Assembly: GCF_006345805.1 (NCBI RefSeq)
Contig: NC_043011.1
Location: forward strand, 10,230,001 to 10,294,000
Reading direction: 5' to 3'
DNA from: Octopus sinensis
Taxonomy: Eukaryota
DNA: 64,000 nt
Positions 25,590 to 38,432 of the stretch are shown here, piece by piece. The translations under genes were made by a program, and so were the position numbers. The first letter of the stretch is position 1. Every line of letters begins with the position of its first letter. Under the pieces are notes generated by a model. It was not told the DNA's origin, did not search any database, and saw nothing but the letters and a program-made list of their open reading frames with translations.

Positions 25590-25920
25590 ATATGTCTTCC
25601 CAAGCAATCATTTCAGTCATCTTTGTCATCTCCTCCATAAAGTTCAACATTTTAAGATCATCCCTCATCACTTCATCCCACTTTTTCCTGCATCCCCCTC
25701 TTCCACACATTCCACCTACTTCTTGTGAGTCCATAGCAACCACTGGGTCCATTGTATGCAATTCTGGACTGGATGCCTTTCCAAATACCAACCACTTTAC
25801 AGTGTTGCAAGATGGAAATCCACTTCCAGTGAGTGGGGCTAAAGAGGAGGAGATTTTATGCAAGGTGATGAGGGATTAAAATGAGAGAAGGGTCCAGAAC
25901 AGGAATTTTGCTGTAGGGGA
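25590..25920 (-). mobile_element. Decayed RTE ORF2 terminus and 3'UTR pieces
   Basis: Minus ORF ...GRGGCRKKWDEVMRDDLKMLNFMEEMT, adjacent to a GGATGCCTTTCCAAATACCAACCAC UTR motif. Confidence 0.7.
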
Positions 25921-28258
25921 GCCACTTGGCCACTCATGTTATTGAATAGAGGGTGGGAATAACTGGGGTGGAACTAGAAAGAGATAAAAATAGTGATGAG
26001 GTGTCAGGGTGTACCCTTATGAAATGGGGGTGAGTAGAAGTGAGTGGAGACAGGAAAAGGAAGTGTGAGTGGGTAGAAGTTGTATGGAGAGGGAAGGGGT
26101 GGGAAGGTGAATCTAAGGAAGAACAATTGGTGAGAGATGCTAAGTAAGGAAGGTGGAGAAATGGGTAGAATTGGTGTGGGGGTGCCTCTGTGTGTGTGTG
26201 TCATTATGTACTAGTTTATCTTTTGATTAGAGGAAAGTTACAAAAGTGACTGACAGATTAAAATAATAAAAACATAATAAAAACTCCTGCACTAAGTTCT
26301 AATTTTTGTGTTTGTCCAACCAGACTGTATTATTGTAGAAAGGAAAGGCAGACAAACAGACAGATTACTGCATTTTTATTTGGATTTTTTTCCACAATAA
26401 AAATAAATCATCAAGTAAATTTAAAAGTGACTTCATTCTAAATTAAAATTCCAAACAGCTCAAAACTTATACGTTTTGCTTTGTCTTGATAAATATGTCC
26501 TTCTTTTCAATGGTTTCGGGTTTAAACACAGCAGCAAATTCAATTAGAATCCTTGTTTTAAAATGTTTTTTAAATGACATGAATAGAGAATCAAGTAGTT
26601 AGGAGATATATAAATGTCACGAAATACAGAGAAGTGTGTGTGTAATATATTCACTTAGGAGAAACAGCAGACAGGAGTGTTCATCTGCCTCTTCAAATTG
26701 GTTTAATTGTTGTTCAGCCTTTCATAAATTTATATTTACAACAGAATATAATGAGCTCTAAATAAATGTGGTCCTCCTCTCAACAGATTTAGGCTACATT
26801 CAAATCAGAGCATTATCATTATCATCATTGTTTTAGTGATGATGATGTGTAAGCCTTAATTCTATCTGCCATGTTATCTAATGGTACAAAAGAATATGAT
26901 TGCTAGTGAAAGTAGTAGGAGCACTGTATTATGAACAAGTGCTTTGTTGATAGTTAACACTCCTGAATACTCCACTACATATATGTGTCATGTAAACTTT
27001 ACCTAAAATTATCAAGATGCTTAGAAAGACAAACCCTTCCTTGTTATCCTCCCATGGGCTGTTCTTTTCACTACTTTTCATGGCCTCTGCTTCACTGAAT
27101 GTGCAAACTCTAACTTCCTCCACCTTAACCTGGTTGTTGCATCCTTTTTACTGTTATATCTTCACTGTCACACATCCTGTCTTCTTGTGTCACATACTCT
27201 ATCACATCTTGACACTTACAATAGCCAGTCTTTTAGTTTCAAAAGACAAATATTTTCTACTTCTTTCATTGCCTCACAAAGGCCATTGTCGTTCTTCTTG
27301 CCATTGTCAAAATCAATCATCTCTGCTCATAAACACCATTTATTTTCTCTTCAAAGGAAGAAGTGCAATGCCTATGACACTTTCTAAGGTCCCTTAAACT
27401 GGTAAAAGTAGAAACTATCCTCAGACCAGCAAACTACCATGGTTTCTGCTAAAGGATCCTACGATCAGAGTGTTGTCTTGTGGAGCTACACAGGACAACA
27501 CATTAAGCTTATGATCCAAGAACAAGAACAGAGACACAATTGGGCTTCCACACAGTTTCCATTCATTAAATTTCACTCACAAAACTTTCTTCAACACAAC
27601 GTCTGCAGCCCCATTGCCTATGAATCAGCCAGGAATTGAACCTGTTTGTCAGCTCAGAAAACACTGGTCATTTAATCTATCTGCTTTGGCCAAGAGCACA
27701 ACATATTGTCTGGTCAGGTCATCGTCAGATTTGAACTCATAACAAACAATAGATTTTACCTTGGTTGATAGTAAAACAGGAATAATGTTGTCGCGAGTAA
27801 CATTATTATTATCCCCCAAAAAACAATACCTTTTAAAAGTCAATGACTTCAAAAATTCAAAACGATCGCACAAACAACCTTTCACCTTCGGACTGGAAAT
27901 ATTTGGTTGCAGCATTCAGGTCAAGAATTTAGTTCACCATTTAATTCTATGTTTTAAGGAACTAAGTAGTTTTGGTAAAGGATAAATGTTCCAAATGATG
28001 TGAGAGAGAGAGAAAGTATGTGTTAGACACAGATATAGATTTAAGAAGCAGGAATAAGTTACTCGTTTACAGTTTTCTCCTACACACGCAATATGTGTGT
28101 GTGTGTGGAGGGGTATAAACATGTACATGTGTCTGTATGCATAAATACATTGCTGGGCACATCCTTGCAAGCATCTATATGTACACAGCATATTATTCTT
28201 ATCATACACACACACACACACACATGCACAAATGTACATTAATACATGCTTACATGTT

Positions 28259-28289
<31 letters not shown>

Positions 28290-28919
28290 CTATATTATAT
28301 ACAATACACACACATGCACCTCAGCAGTTATGTATCAGTGTGTGTGTGTGTGTGCGTGCACACAAATAAATGTGAAAACAACAAAAGCTAAAAAGAAAAA
28401 AAAACACCAAACCCCGAACATTGTGAGCAATTTTAAAGTGTTGCTAGTGTTTGGCTGATTATGAAAGCGAAATCAATAAACAGTTTTGTGTTGATAATAT
28501 TAAGGTTCAGAGTCTGTCAACGGGTTACTAATGCACGGCTGTTGGTAATTTCCTCCTCTGAGGTGATGATTCATGTCAGCACGATTCTAATAGAGTTGCA
28601 ATCAAAAGCGACCATTCCGAAAATAACTTGCAGAATATTTTGTGTGTGTGCATGTGTGTGTGTGTGCATGTGTGTGTGTGTGCATGTGTGTGTGTGTGTG
28701 TGTGTGTGTCTGTGTGTGTGTGTGTGTGTTTGATATTAAGAGGGAATAAATGATGAAAATATTGTATATTTTGATAAATTATATGGGAACTAACAAGGTA
28801 GGAGAATTATATAAAGTATGGTCTGTGAACTTAATGAAACAAAAATATATGTTTTAATAAATGAGTCAAATAACTGATAAATATACATCTATCTGTCTAT
28901 ACACACACACACAAACACA

Positions 28920-28991
<72 letters not shown>

Positions 28992-29153
28992 TACAAGAGT
29001 GGTGGGGTGTACTATATTTGTAAACACATTTTGTACAAAACTGAAGTTGTAACTAGAAAGAGTTCAGTGAAAAGAAAGTAAAAATGGGTTCTTTCTTGTG
29101 TTTCACTGTTTATATCTGAACATTTCAAGTTGTTTAGAATACACACACACATC

Positions 29154-29357
29154 AATAATAATAATAATCCTTTCTATTATAGGTTCAATGCCTGCAATTT
29201 GGGGGAGGGGATAGTCAATTACATCAACCCCCAGTACTCAACTGGTACTTAATTTATTGACCCCAAAAGTATGGAAGGTAGAATCGACCTTGACAGAATT
29301 TGGCGCAGAACATAACGACAGGTGAAATACCTCCTAAGCATTTTGTAGCTCACCACT

Positions 29358-29358
<1 letters not shown>
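29154..29358 (-). mobile_element. (ATT)n-tailed tRNA-SINE
   Basis: (AAT)n-CCTTTCTATTATAGG...CCCCAGTACTCAACTGGTACTTAATTTATTGACCCC...CTAAGCATTTT; same family as 58077-58945. Confidence 0.8.
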
Positions 29359-29391
<33 letters not shown>

Positions 29392-29410
29392 CAATAATAA
29401 TAATAATAAT

Positions 29411-32400
29411 AAGCGGATTACAAAAACCATGTACCCGAAAATTGAACCAAATTCTGATTGAAAAATCAGCTACTGGATCAGATCTTCCCAACACACAGGA
29501 GCTGGACGTACCCAACAACCAGAATATTCCAACAGATGGCCATCCATGCCCGTCACCAAATAATCAAAAGAAAAAGAAGGAAAAATGGCCTAGGGAAGAT
29601 AATAAAGAAGTTCTTGCGGCCTTCTACCATGCCATATATTTCCCCACAGATAAATCTAACACTGTACAAACCTACATAAACTGGAGACAGAAACACCTTG
29701 AAGTAAGACCCTACATAGACAGTAACAAACTTGCCAACGTCAGAAGAAATATTATAAAAAATTACTGACTGAAGTAGAGATTGATCAAATCAAACAAGCA
29801 GTAACGGATAAAAAAAAAAACGAAGCCGCAGTTAAAGAATATAATACATAGGAAATAATTATAGACCAGCCCAGGGCTGATAAAAACGAAGTAAGGATTG
29901 AAAGAGTTAGTATAAGTGATAGGCAAAGTGAAATACTCCCTGAACCAATCATAAACACTAAGACAGATGAACATCAAATAGATAAAGAAAGTCACACAAA
30001 TATTGACCCAACAGAACTGCATGAGCTAAAAAATCAAATCATGATTGAATGGCTGAAAATTAAAGAAACCAGCATGGATGAACGTGATACACTCCCTAAA
30101 ATCCGCAACTCTAACCAAAACATGAAAATAATTGGTAAAATCCGGCTTGCACTTAAGGATATAATTTCAGCTAATGATGTTGATATCACAAATCTCAACC
30201 ACCTATACTATGCATCCGCGAAAATCTCAACGATCCTATGTGGTGTAAAGATTAGAAAACGGCAACATTCCCACAAAAAGCCTTCTTGGCAAGAGCGTTT
30301 GCAACAACAAATTAAACTATTTAGATCTGACATTGAATATTTGAAAAACCTTAAGGTTCACAAGACTACCAAACCTACAAAAACCCCAAAATTAATGAAA
30401 AAATACAATATGAAAACTATACTTGATATTGATGCCACCATAGAAACCATCAAGCAAAAGGTATCTGCTAAAGCTGCCCACATAGCGAGGTATGAAAAGC
30501 GTGTTAGATTCTTCAAGGACAACAACATGTTCAAAAATAACCCCAAAAATCTTTACAGGAAGATAGGAAAAACACCAGTTATTGTAAAGTCTGTACCATC
30601 AAAAGAAGTGCAGGGATTTTGGAATAAAATTTGGGCAGAAGAAAAACCACACAACGAAAAGGCCCCCTGGATTGACAGAATGTCTACAGAAGTGGACTCC
30701 TTAGAAGAGCAAAAGTGGGAGGGTGTCAAGGTAGAAGATATAAGATCTGCTCTCAGGAGGTCAAGCAAATGGAAGTCTCCAGGAAAGGATAAAATTCCTA
30801 ACTTCTGGCTGAATGCCTTCCCAGAGAGCAATGAACTGCTAACAGAACTGTACAATGATGTTTTGCAACACCCTAGTAGGATGCCTCCTTGGCTAGTTAA
30901 TGGGTTAACATTCCTGCTTCCAAAAAGTGAAGAAACAAATGAACCAAAACACTATAGACCCATAACCTGCTTAACAACTATGTATAAAACTAACATCTAC
31001 GCTAACATCTGTCCTGACGGAATATACCTATAGTTTTTTAACAGACAGCAGCATATTCCCTAATGAACAGAGAGGATGTAAACGTGGATCCTATGGTTGT
31101 AAAGATCAACTACTCATCAATAAGATATCTTAGAAGATTGTCATAAACGACACAAAAACTTATCAATAGCCTGGATAGACTATAAAAAGGCCTTTGATAG
31201 CGTATCACATAGCTGGATTAAGAAATGCCTGGAAATGTATAAGATAGCACCTACTCTGCAAAACTTTTTGTCTGTAAGTATGAGATCATGGAGAACCACA
31301 CTAACTTTAAACAGTGACAATGAATCTCTAAATGCTGGTGATGTAAAAATTTCATGTGGCATTTTCCAGGGCGACTCACTATCACCGCTCCTCTTCTGTT
31401 TAGCCTTAATACCTCTCTCAAAACTGCTCAATGACACGCAGTACGGATATAAAATGTTTGATAAAAATATAAATCATCTCATTTACATGGATGATTTAAA
31501 GCTTTTTGCAAAAAATGACCAACAACTCAAGGGCTTACTAGCGATAGTCAAACAATTCAGTGATCACATCAGAATGCAATTTGGCCTCGATTAATGTGCA
31601 AAAGCTACCTTTATCAAATGAAAAATGACAAGAAACATCTAACGTTAACCTTGACCAGCAGAATGTCATAAAAGAATTAGACCCAGCGGAGAGCTACAAG
31701 TACCTAGGAGTAATTGAAGGGGACAGAATAAGGCATTCAGTGATGAAGGAAAGGATCAGGAGAGAATGTTATCGCAGAGTAAGAGCAATACTCAAGACAG
31801 AGCTGAATGCGAGAAACAGGATCGAAGCGATCAATGCATTAGCCATACCAGTCGTGACTTAAAGTTTCAATATCGTTAACTGGTCAATTACTGAAATATG
31901 TAATCTTGACAGAAAAATACGAAAACTGTTGACAATGCATAGAATGCACCACCCTAAGGCAGATATACAGAACGACTTTATCTGCCAAGAAAAGAAGGAG
32001 GCCGTGGACTTTTACAACTGGCAATAACAATGAAGATTGCTACAATTGGCCTAGAACATCTACCTGAAAATCTCTGAGGACTGGATGTTAAAACTTGTCT
32101 CAAAACATGAAAACAAGAAAGCATCATACTCAGTAACAAAACAGGCAAAGGAATATCTAAGTGAATTCCGAATACAACAAATTTCGGAATTAGAAATAGA
32201 CATACAAGAAACAGGTACAGAAAAAGCTAAGTGCATGAAAACCCGTGCTAAATCTGTGGCCTTAGATATTCTGAATGATAAATGGCAAGAAAAACCTCTC
32301 TATGGCAAATACCCAAAGATAGTGAATAATGCAGATGTTGACAAAGCCCTGACCCATCAATGGCTAATGGCCTCTGGCTTAAAATCTGAAACTGAAGGGT

Positions 32401-33245
32401 TTATCATAGCAGCTCAAGATCAATGCCTACCAACAAGAAACTACCAGGCCAACATATTAAAGAACGGCAGCTTCCCAACATGTCATGTATTTCAACAACA
32501 AAATGAAATCATTGATCATGTTGTTTCCAAATGCAGTCTTCTAGCGCCTACAAAGTACCTCAACAAGCATGATAGAGCTGCACAATATATTCACTGGGTA
32601 ATTTGCAAAAACCTGGATTTGCCCCATGAAAAAAACTGGTGGGAACACAATCCACCTCCAGTGCTTGAAAATGACCACATCTCACTCCTCTGGAACTTCA
32701 CCATTCAAACTGACAGAAAGATAGATGCAAATAGGCCAAACATCATATTGAAAGACTTCAGACAAAGAACATGCCTCCTCATTGATATGACTGTCCCAAT
32801 CGATATAAACATATCTGTCAAGACCTACCAAAAACTGAGCAAATATAAAGATCTTGAAATAGAAATCAGCAAAATGTGGAACCTGAAAACTAAAACAATA
32901 CCTGTTGTCATAGGTGCCCTGGAAATGATAGCAAAAGGGGCTGATTGCTACCTAACTCAGATACCAGGAAACCCAAAAATGGCAGAAATTCAAAAGATAG
33001 TGCTCATGGGAACTGCTCATATCCTACGCAAAATATTTTCAATGTAATCTCAAGTTTTAAAACAAACATAATTTTCGTATGGTTTTTTTAGACATTCACT
33101 AGTACAACACTAAATACAAAACCAAATATATGGCACACTAGGCATAACAACAACGTGAACTTCCAATTTGTTGTTCCTTGAGATCTCTGGGTGAGACTTG
33201 GAGCCAACTTGTACAAATGTAAAGCAAAAGTCAAACATAAAATAA
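29411..33245 (+). mobile_element. Near full-length R4/Dong-clade non-LTR retrotransposon (single ORF: RT + restriction-like endonuclease), disrupted
   Basis: ORF pieces at 29388-29768 (KWPREDNKEV..., Dong-like N-terminus), 30041-31033 (KSPGKDKIPNFWL, YRPITCL), 31235-31594 (GIFQGDSLSPLLF, YMDDLKL) and 32085-33047 (AAQDQCL, C..F....E..DH....C, RPNII..LIDMTVP..K..KY). Flanked by (AAT)n on both sides. Confidence 0.95.
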
Positions 33246-33296
33246 TAATAATAATAATGATAATAATAATAATAATTGTTATTATTATTATTATTA

Positions 33297-33496
33297 ATAA
33301 TGGTTTCAGATTTTGCCACAAGGGCAACAGTTTCGGAATGAATCAATTACATTGATCCCAGTGTTCAACCGGTACATTTTTTATTGACCCTTAAAGGATG
33401 AAAGGCAAAGTTGACCTTGGCATAACTGTAAAGACAGACAAAATGCTGCTGAGCATTCCAGCCAGTGTGCTAACAATTCTGCCAGCTCGCTGCCTT
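33297..33496 (-). mobile_element. (ATT)n-tailed tRNA-SINE
   Basis: GATCCCAGTGTTCAACCGGTAC...AAAGGATGAAAGGCAAAGTTGACCTTGGC...TGCTAACAATTCTGCCAGCTCGCTGCCTTA. Confidence 0.85.
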
Positions 33497-34993
33497 AGTA
33501 ATGATGATGAGGATGATGATGATAATAATATGATAATGTCTATTTTGTTGCTTGTTGTTGACTTTAAATATGCAGCTGCCATTGTTTGGAGGGGAGGGGC
33601 AGAGGTACTTAACAGCTAATTAGTAGAGTGACACACTGAGTAGACATTAAGTAACACCGTATAAGTTTCTTCTCAAATTAATAGTATTTAGACATTAAGG
33701 TGCCATGATTTCAAAAAGATTGAAGATAGTAGCACACTGACCTAACTAATGCGACAGAGGCCCCTGTGTGAAACCTCAGAAATAAAGTCTTGTCATGGCA
33801 ACATTAATATTATTAAACTATTTGCTAACAAATTATCGTTAATTTCCTCATAGTTTTGCAATTTCAATAATGAAATGGTTTGAAATGTTATTAGAGTGAA
33901 TTCAGTTGTGAATATTTAATAAACGGTTGATTTGATTCTATAAAACTATAATAAAAATATATTTTACACAAAGGATGAACATCTCAAAAATTTGACAATA
34001 ACAGAGAATTATTTCAAGTCTATGTTTCTATATCTGTTACAAATTGTAAAATAAAAAAAAAATTGTAAAATATTTAGGTTTTGTGATCAATAATAACAAC
34101 TATCAGAATAGTTTGTTTTGAAGCCAGAAAATAACCTGATATTTTACTGTTTGGATCACATTTTAATAATTAGAAACAATGAAGATAACAAGACAGCATT
34201 ATGTCAGCATTTCATGAAAAGGTAGATATTGCTAATGTGAAGAATTTTAAAATACAATGAGATATGGACTGTTATGGCAGATAAAAGAATAACATTAAAA
34301 AGATAAAAGTGTTTAAAATGAGGAAAACCTTTACAAAAAAAAAATTTGAAAATTAAAGAAATGTTTCATAAGCTGAGACATTTCCTACCATTATGCCACA
34401 ATATAGTTGTGTGCCTCAGAACAGGGGTGTGCCACCTATGGCATGCAGATTAGCAAGTATTTGAGGCAAGTCAGAAAATGCCAAAGAGACATAACTTAAA
34501 TATATCTCCCAGACTTTATGCCACCAAAGTCACCTCAGTTCCAGGTTGTAGTGTTACGGCTCCAAAAGATTGAAACCTACTTTCTTCTTAGATTCTCAAG
34601 AATGAATTACCATTTTATGAGTTGGGAAGTCAGAGAAACAGGAAGAAATCAATGTCCTTGAAATCCATGTGAAGTATTGTCTAAATTTACCAAAATCAAA
34701 CAGAATTGAAATGATCCCCCAGCCAAACACACACACACACACACATGGGAAGTAATAAATTCTCATTTTAATATTGGTCATATTTTAAAAACAGCTGAAT
34801 GATTGTTGAAACAGAGAGGAGGCTGTGTTTATAAAATTCTTGGCAAGTGAAAAGTAGTGATTGTGTGAATATCTGTGAATAGATTTGAGGATTTGAAGTA
34901 AACAGCAGCAACATAAATAATAAGGAGAGAAATCCTCACTCTGATACATATTATTGATCTTATTATCAGGTATTAATGACTCATTTCTTGCAG

Positions 34994-35005
34994 CTACTTT
35001 CTTCG
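34994..35005 (+). other. Candidate 12-nt microexon
   Basis: tcatttcttgcag|CTACTTTCTTCG|gtaagt: good acceptor, consensus donor, length divisible by 3, unique flanks. There is no transcript evidence. Confidence 0.3.
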
Positions 35006-35356
35006 GTAAGTTGCTGATTCAAGAAAGAGGGTGCTAATTTTATGCTTGAATAGCCAAACCTTTCCTCAATCACATTTCATTAAACTCCAACAAATGTTCC
35101 ACTCCCAAAATGCTATGCTTTCTACCAATGTCATCACAAACTGGAGCAACTACAAAAAGAAAAAAAAAAAAACCAGACTCAATTCAAACATCTATTCCCT
35201 CCTATTTCTAATATTAGCAAAGGAAATATCTCAAAATGTTATCAGTTTATTTTCGCATTTTTTTCTTACCGTCAATCTATTATTTTCCTAACAATGTGGG
35301 GTTTTGTGCCAATTCTAGAAATTATCATTATTATTATCATTATTATTATCATTTTT

Positions 35357-35655
35357 GAGAGAGCAGCGCATGCCATCAAAGTGACACTGGGGTACAAATA
35401 TATGAAGTCCAATATACCCATCATGACTACCCATCTGATAAGGGTACACCGGGCACATGCATCACAACCATATGTGCACAACATGGTGATCTCATATCAA
35501 GATAAACAGTGGGGCCCAGTTAGAATTTTCTTCAGGCTGAGTAGCCCATCTCATTCAAATGGCCCTTGAATAAAGGTTGTTCAAGGATATTCAGCGAAAC
35601 ACCCTTGTTTCCAGAGGTGAATTATTCAAACCCCAAAGAATTCCTCTCAACACAT
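35357..35655 (-). mobile_element. Unclassified interspersed repeat (second copy at 61816-62350)
   Basis: CAAAGTGACACTGGGGTACAAATAT...CATGACTACCC.TCTGATAAGGGTACAC...GTTTCCAGAGGTGAATTATTCAAACCCCAAAGAATTCCTCT occurs at both loci. This copy is preceded by (ATT)n. Confidence 0.75.
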
Positions 35656-35672
35656 GTCTTATTATTATCCTT

Positions 35673-36052
35673 GGCAGATGTGGCTGTGTGGGAGGAGGCT
35701 TGCTTCCCAACCACATGGTTCCAGGTTCAGCTCTACTGTGTGGCACCTTGAGAAATGTCTTCAGATATAAGCCCCAGGAGTGGATCTGGCAGATGAAAAC
35801 TGAAAGAAGCCTATCGTTATATATATATGTGTGTGAAAGTGTGTGTGTGTGTGTGTGCATTTGACCCAACTCCACCATCATTCCTTGACAACCAGTGTTG
35901 GTCTGTTTACATCCCTGCAACTTAGCAGTTCAGCAAAGAGGTAGATACAATAACAAGCTTAAAAATTAAGTGCAGGGGTCAAATTTTTTGACTAAACCCA
36001 TCATGGTGGTGCTCCAACATGGCCACAATGACTGAAACAAGTATAAGATAAA
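35673..36052 (+). mobile_element. tRNA-SINE with internal microsatellite (OK/OR-like)
   Basis: Colinear with 20109-20522 (CCAACCACATGGTTCC.GGTTCAG...ACTGAAAGAAGCC...GCTCCAACATGGCCAC). Confidence 0.85.
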
Positions 36053-36891
36053 AAAAATTATTGCACACATGAAGACAGAGTCTTTGACTCTGCTTATAGA
36101 GTTTTATGGACAAATTCTTATTTCTGTCGTCACTCAAAACAAGTCTTCCTTAATCCTAGCTGAAGTTCACTGCAAATGAGAAGTGCTGACTGTCAATCAA
36201 CATATACAAACAGTCAAACACGTTAATTCATCAATCACATCAATCAAGAAAGAATTAACCTTTACTTTAGTTTCTACAGCATTAAGAAGAGAAATCTCTT
36301 CCCCAGGACAAAACACTAAGCTCTAATCGATTGAGAATAACTTTCCCAGATAAACTTAACGTGCATTCCCTACAGTAAGATGAACAGATTTAATGAGAGT
36401 TCTCCCTGGAAACAATAAAATATCTGCAAAGGATTTGAACTCATAATTCAGGTCACATGGAACTGTGTGTCCTCCCACAATATTCCAAGATGTAATATGA
36501 AACATCAAGTGAAGAGGACATTAATCTGTAGTTAATCTTAATTGAAGAAATATAATTAATGTGTTTGATGTGATAGCTATGAAGAAGAGAATATGTAGAC
36601 AGGATTTAATAAAGGAAACAGCTTGGAAGGATGCAAATATTTTAAAGTTGCTAATATCAGAATTCACGGATGGCAGTGACATGGAGATCAAAGAGAATAT
36701 TCCTTAGATCAAGAGCCATTTTATTGACTGCTTCAACAGTTCATTATCACTCAAAGTCAACTATGATTAACACTTTAAGAAGGGCCTATGTTTTATATCC
36801 AGTTTTAATGAGGTTCGAATGGTACACTTACAAACAAGAGGGTTTAAATGTTTTACAGTAAACAGCCAAGTTCAATAGCTAGTTCAATACT

Positions 36892-37216
36892 TAAAGACTC
36901 CGCCGGTTACGACGACGAGGGTCCCAGCTGATACGATCAACGGAACAGCTTGCTCGTGAAATTAACGTGCAAATGGCTGAGCATTCCACAGACACGTGTA
37001 CCCTTAACGTAGTTCTCGGGGATAATCAGCGTGACACAGAGAGTGACAAGGCTGACCCTTTGAAATACAAGTGCAACTCATTTTTGCCAGCTGAGTGGAC
37101 TGGAGCAACGTGAAATAAAGTGTCTTGCTCAAGGACACAACGCGTCGCCGGGAATCGAACTCACAACCTTACGATCATGAGCCGAATGCCCTAACCACTA
37201 AGCCACGCGCCCTCAC
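36892..37216 (-). mobile_element. Young tRNA-SINE (head B + CORE-like segment + tail X) with 11-bp TSD
   Basis: Exact direct repeats AGTTCAATACT at 36881-36891 and 37217-37227, intact A/B boxes and many retained CpGs. Confidence 0.92.
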
Positions 37217-37264
37217 AGTTCAATACTAGTTAAGTACAATAACCATTCAAATACTATTTAACTA

Positions 37265-38432
37265 CAAGGGTGGACTGAAAAGTTCATAGGCTGATTATGA
37301 AGGAATAACGCTAGAGCTGTGAAATTTTGCATGTATTAATTTCAGCCCTTCTTATTAATAACTGCATTATTTCTTTCCAGACAAACTGACATCTGACTAT
37401 TCAAAGAAGATTTCAAATGTAACTGGTAGCGACTTCTCTTGAAAATGGACAAAATTTGGTATCTTGATGTTATCAAGTACCTGTAGAAAAAGAGTTAAGC
37501 CCCCAAGGATATCCATGCTGACATGATTGCTACATTAAGGGATGATGTTTCAGTTTTATCAGCAATCCAAAAGTGGGCAGCTGAATATCGGAGGGAAAGG
37601 GAAAGTTTTGAAGATAATCCAAGGTGTGGACGCTCTGCCACCACCAAGGAAAACATTGATCATGTTCACCACCGAGTGATGGATGACAAGTGATTGACTA
37701 TCAATCAAATAGCCAATGCTGTTAGCATATCTCATGAGAGAGTTGAGAATATTCTGCACAATGAACTTGACTTGGTTAAGGTTTTCTGCTCAGTGAGGGC
37801 CACATCTTCTGACACCTGATCAAAAGCACACCAGCTTGATCACATCAAGTGAAAATCTGACATTGTTTGAAGCAGATTGAAATGATTTCCTAAAAGATTT
37901 CCTAACTCAGGTTGAGTGTTGGATCGCTTTGAACTAGAGACAAAGAGACAAGCCATGCAGTGGAAACATCCCTCCTCACCAGCTCCAAAGAAGGCCAAGG
38001 TCGTTTCATCTGCAGGGAAGGTGATGGCCTCAAGTTTTTGGGATGCAAATATCATTGAGTTTATTGACTACCTTCAAAAAGGCCACACCATCAGTGGAGA
38101 GTATTCTGCCAACTTGCTGAGGCAGTTACAAAATGCAATCAAGACCAGACACCCAGGAAAATTGATGAAAGGAGTCTTGTTTCATCAGGACAATGCTCCA
38201 GCACACAAGTACTTGGTTTCAATGGCTGCTGTGTGTGACAGTGGCTTTGAAGGGGTTCATCAACCTCCCTATTCTCCTGATTTGGCCCCATCTCACTATC
38301 ATCTTCTCCTGAACATGAAAAAGTATGTGGCAAGGAACCAGCGTCACAGTGATGATGATGATGATGATGTCATCATCAGCTGTTGGTGATATTTTGGACC
38401 AACAGAATGAAAGCTTCTTCACCAATAGGATT
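37265..38432 (+). pseudogene. mariner transposase pseudogene, 5' part
   Basis: TA + terminal inverted repeat (TIR)-like CAAGGGTGGACTGAAAAG; MDKIWY..IKYL...KWAAE..RGRES.ED.PR.GR; QWKHPSSPAPKKAK...GKVMAS.FWD; HQDNAPAH; YSPDLAPSHYHL (the catalytic D of the SPDLAPSDY motif is lost). Confidence 0.95.
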
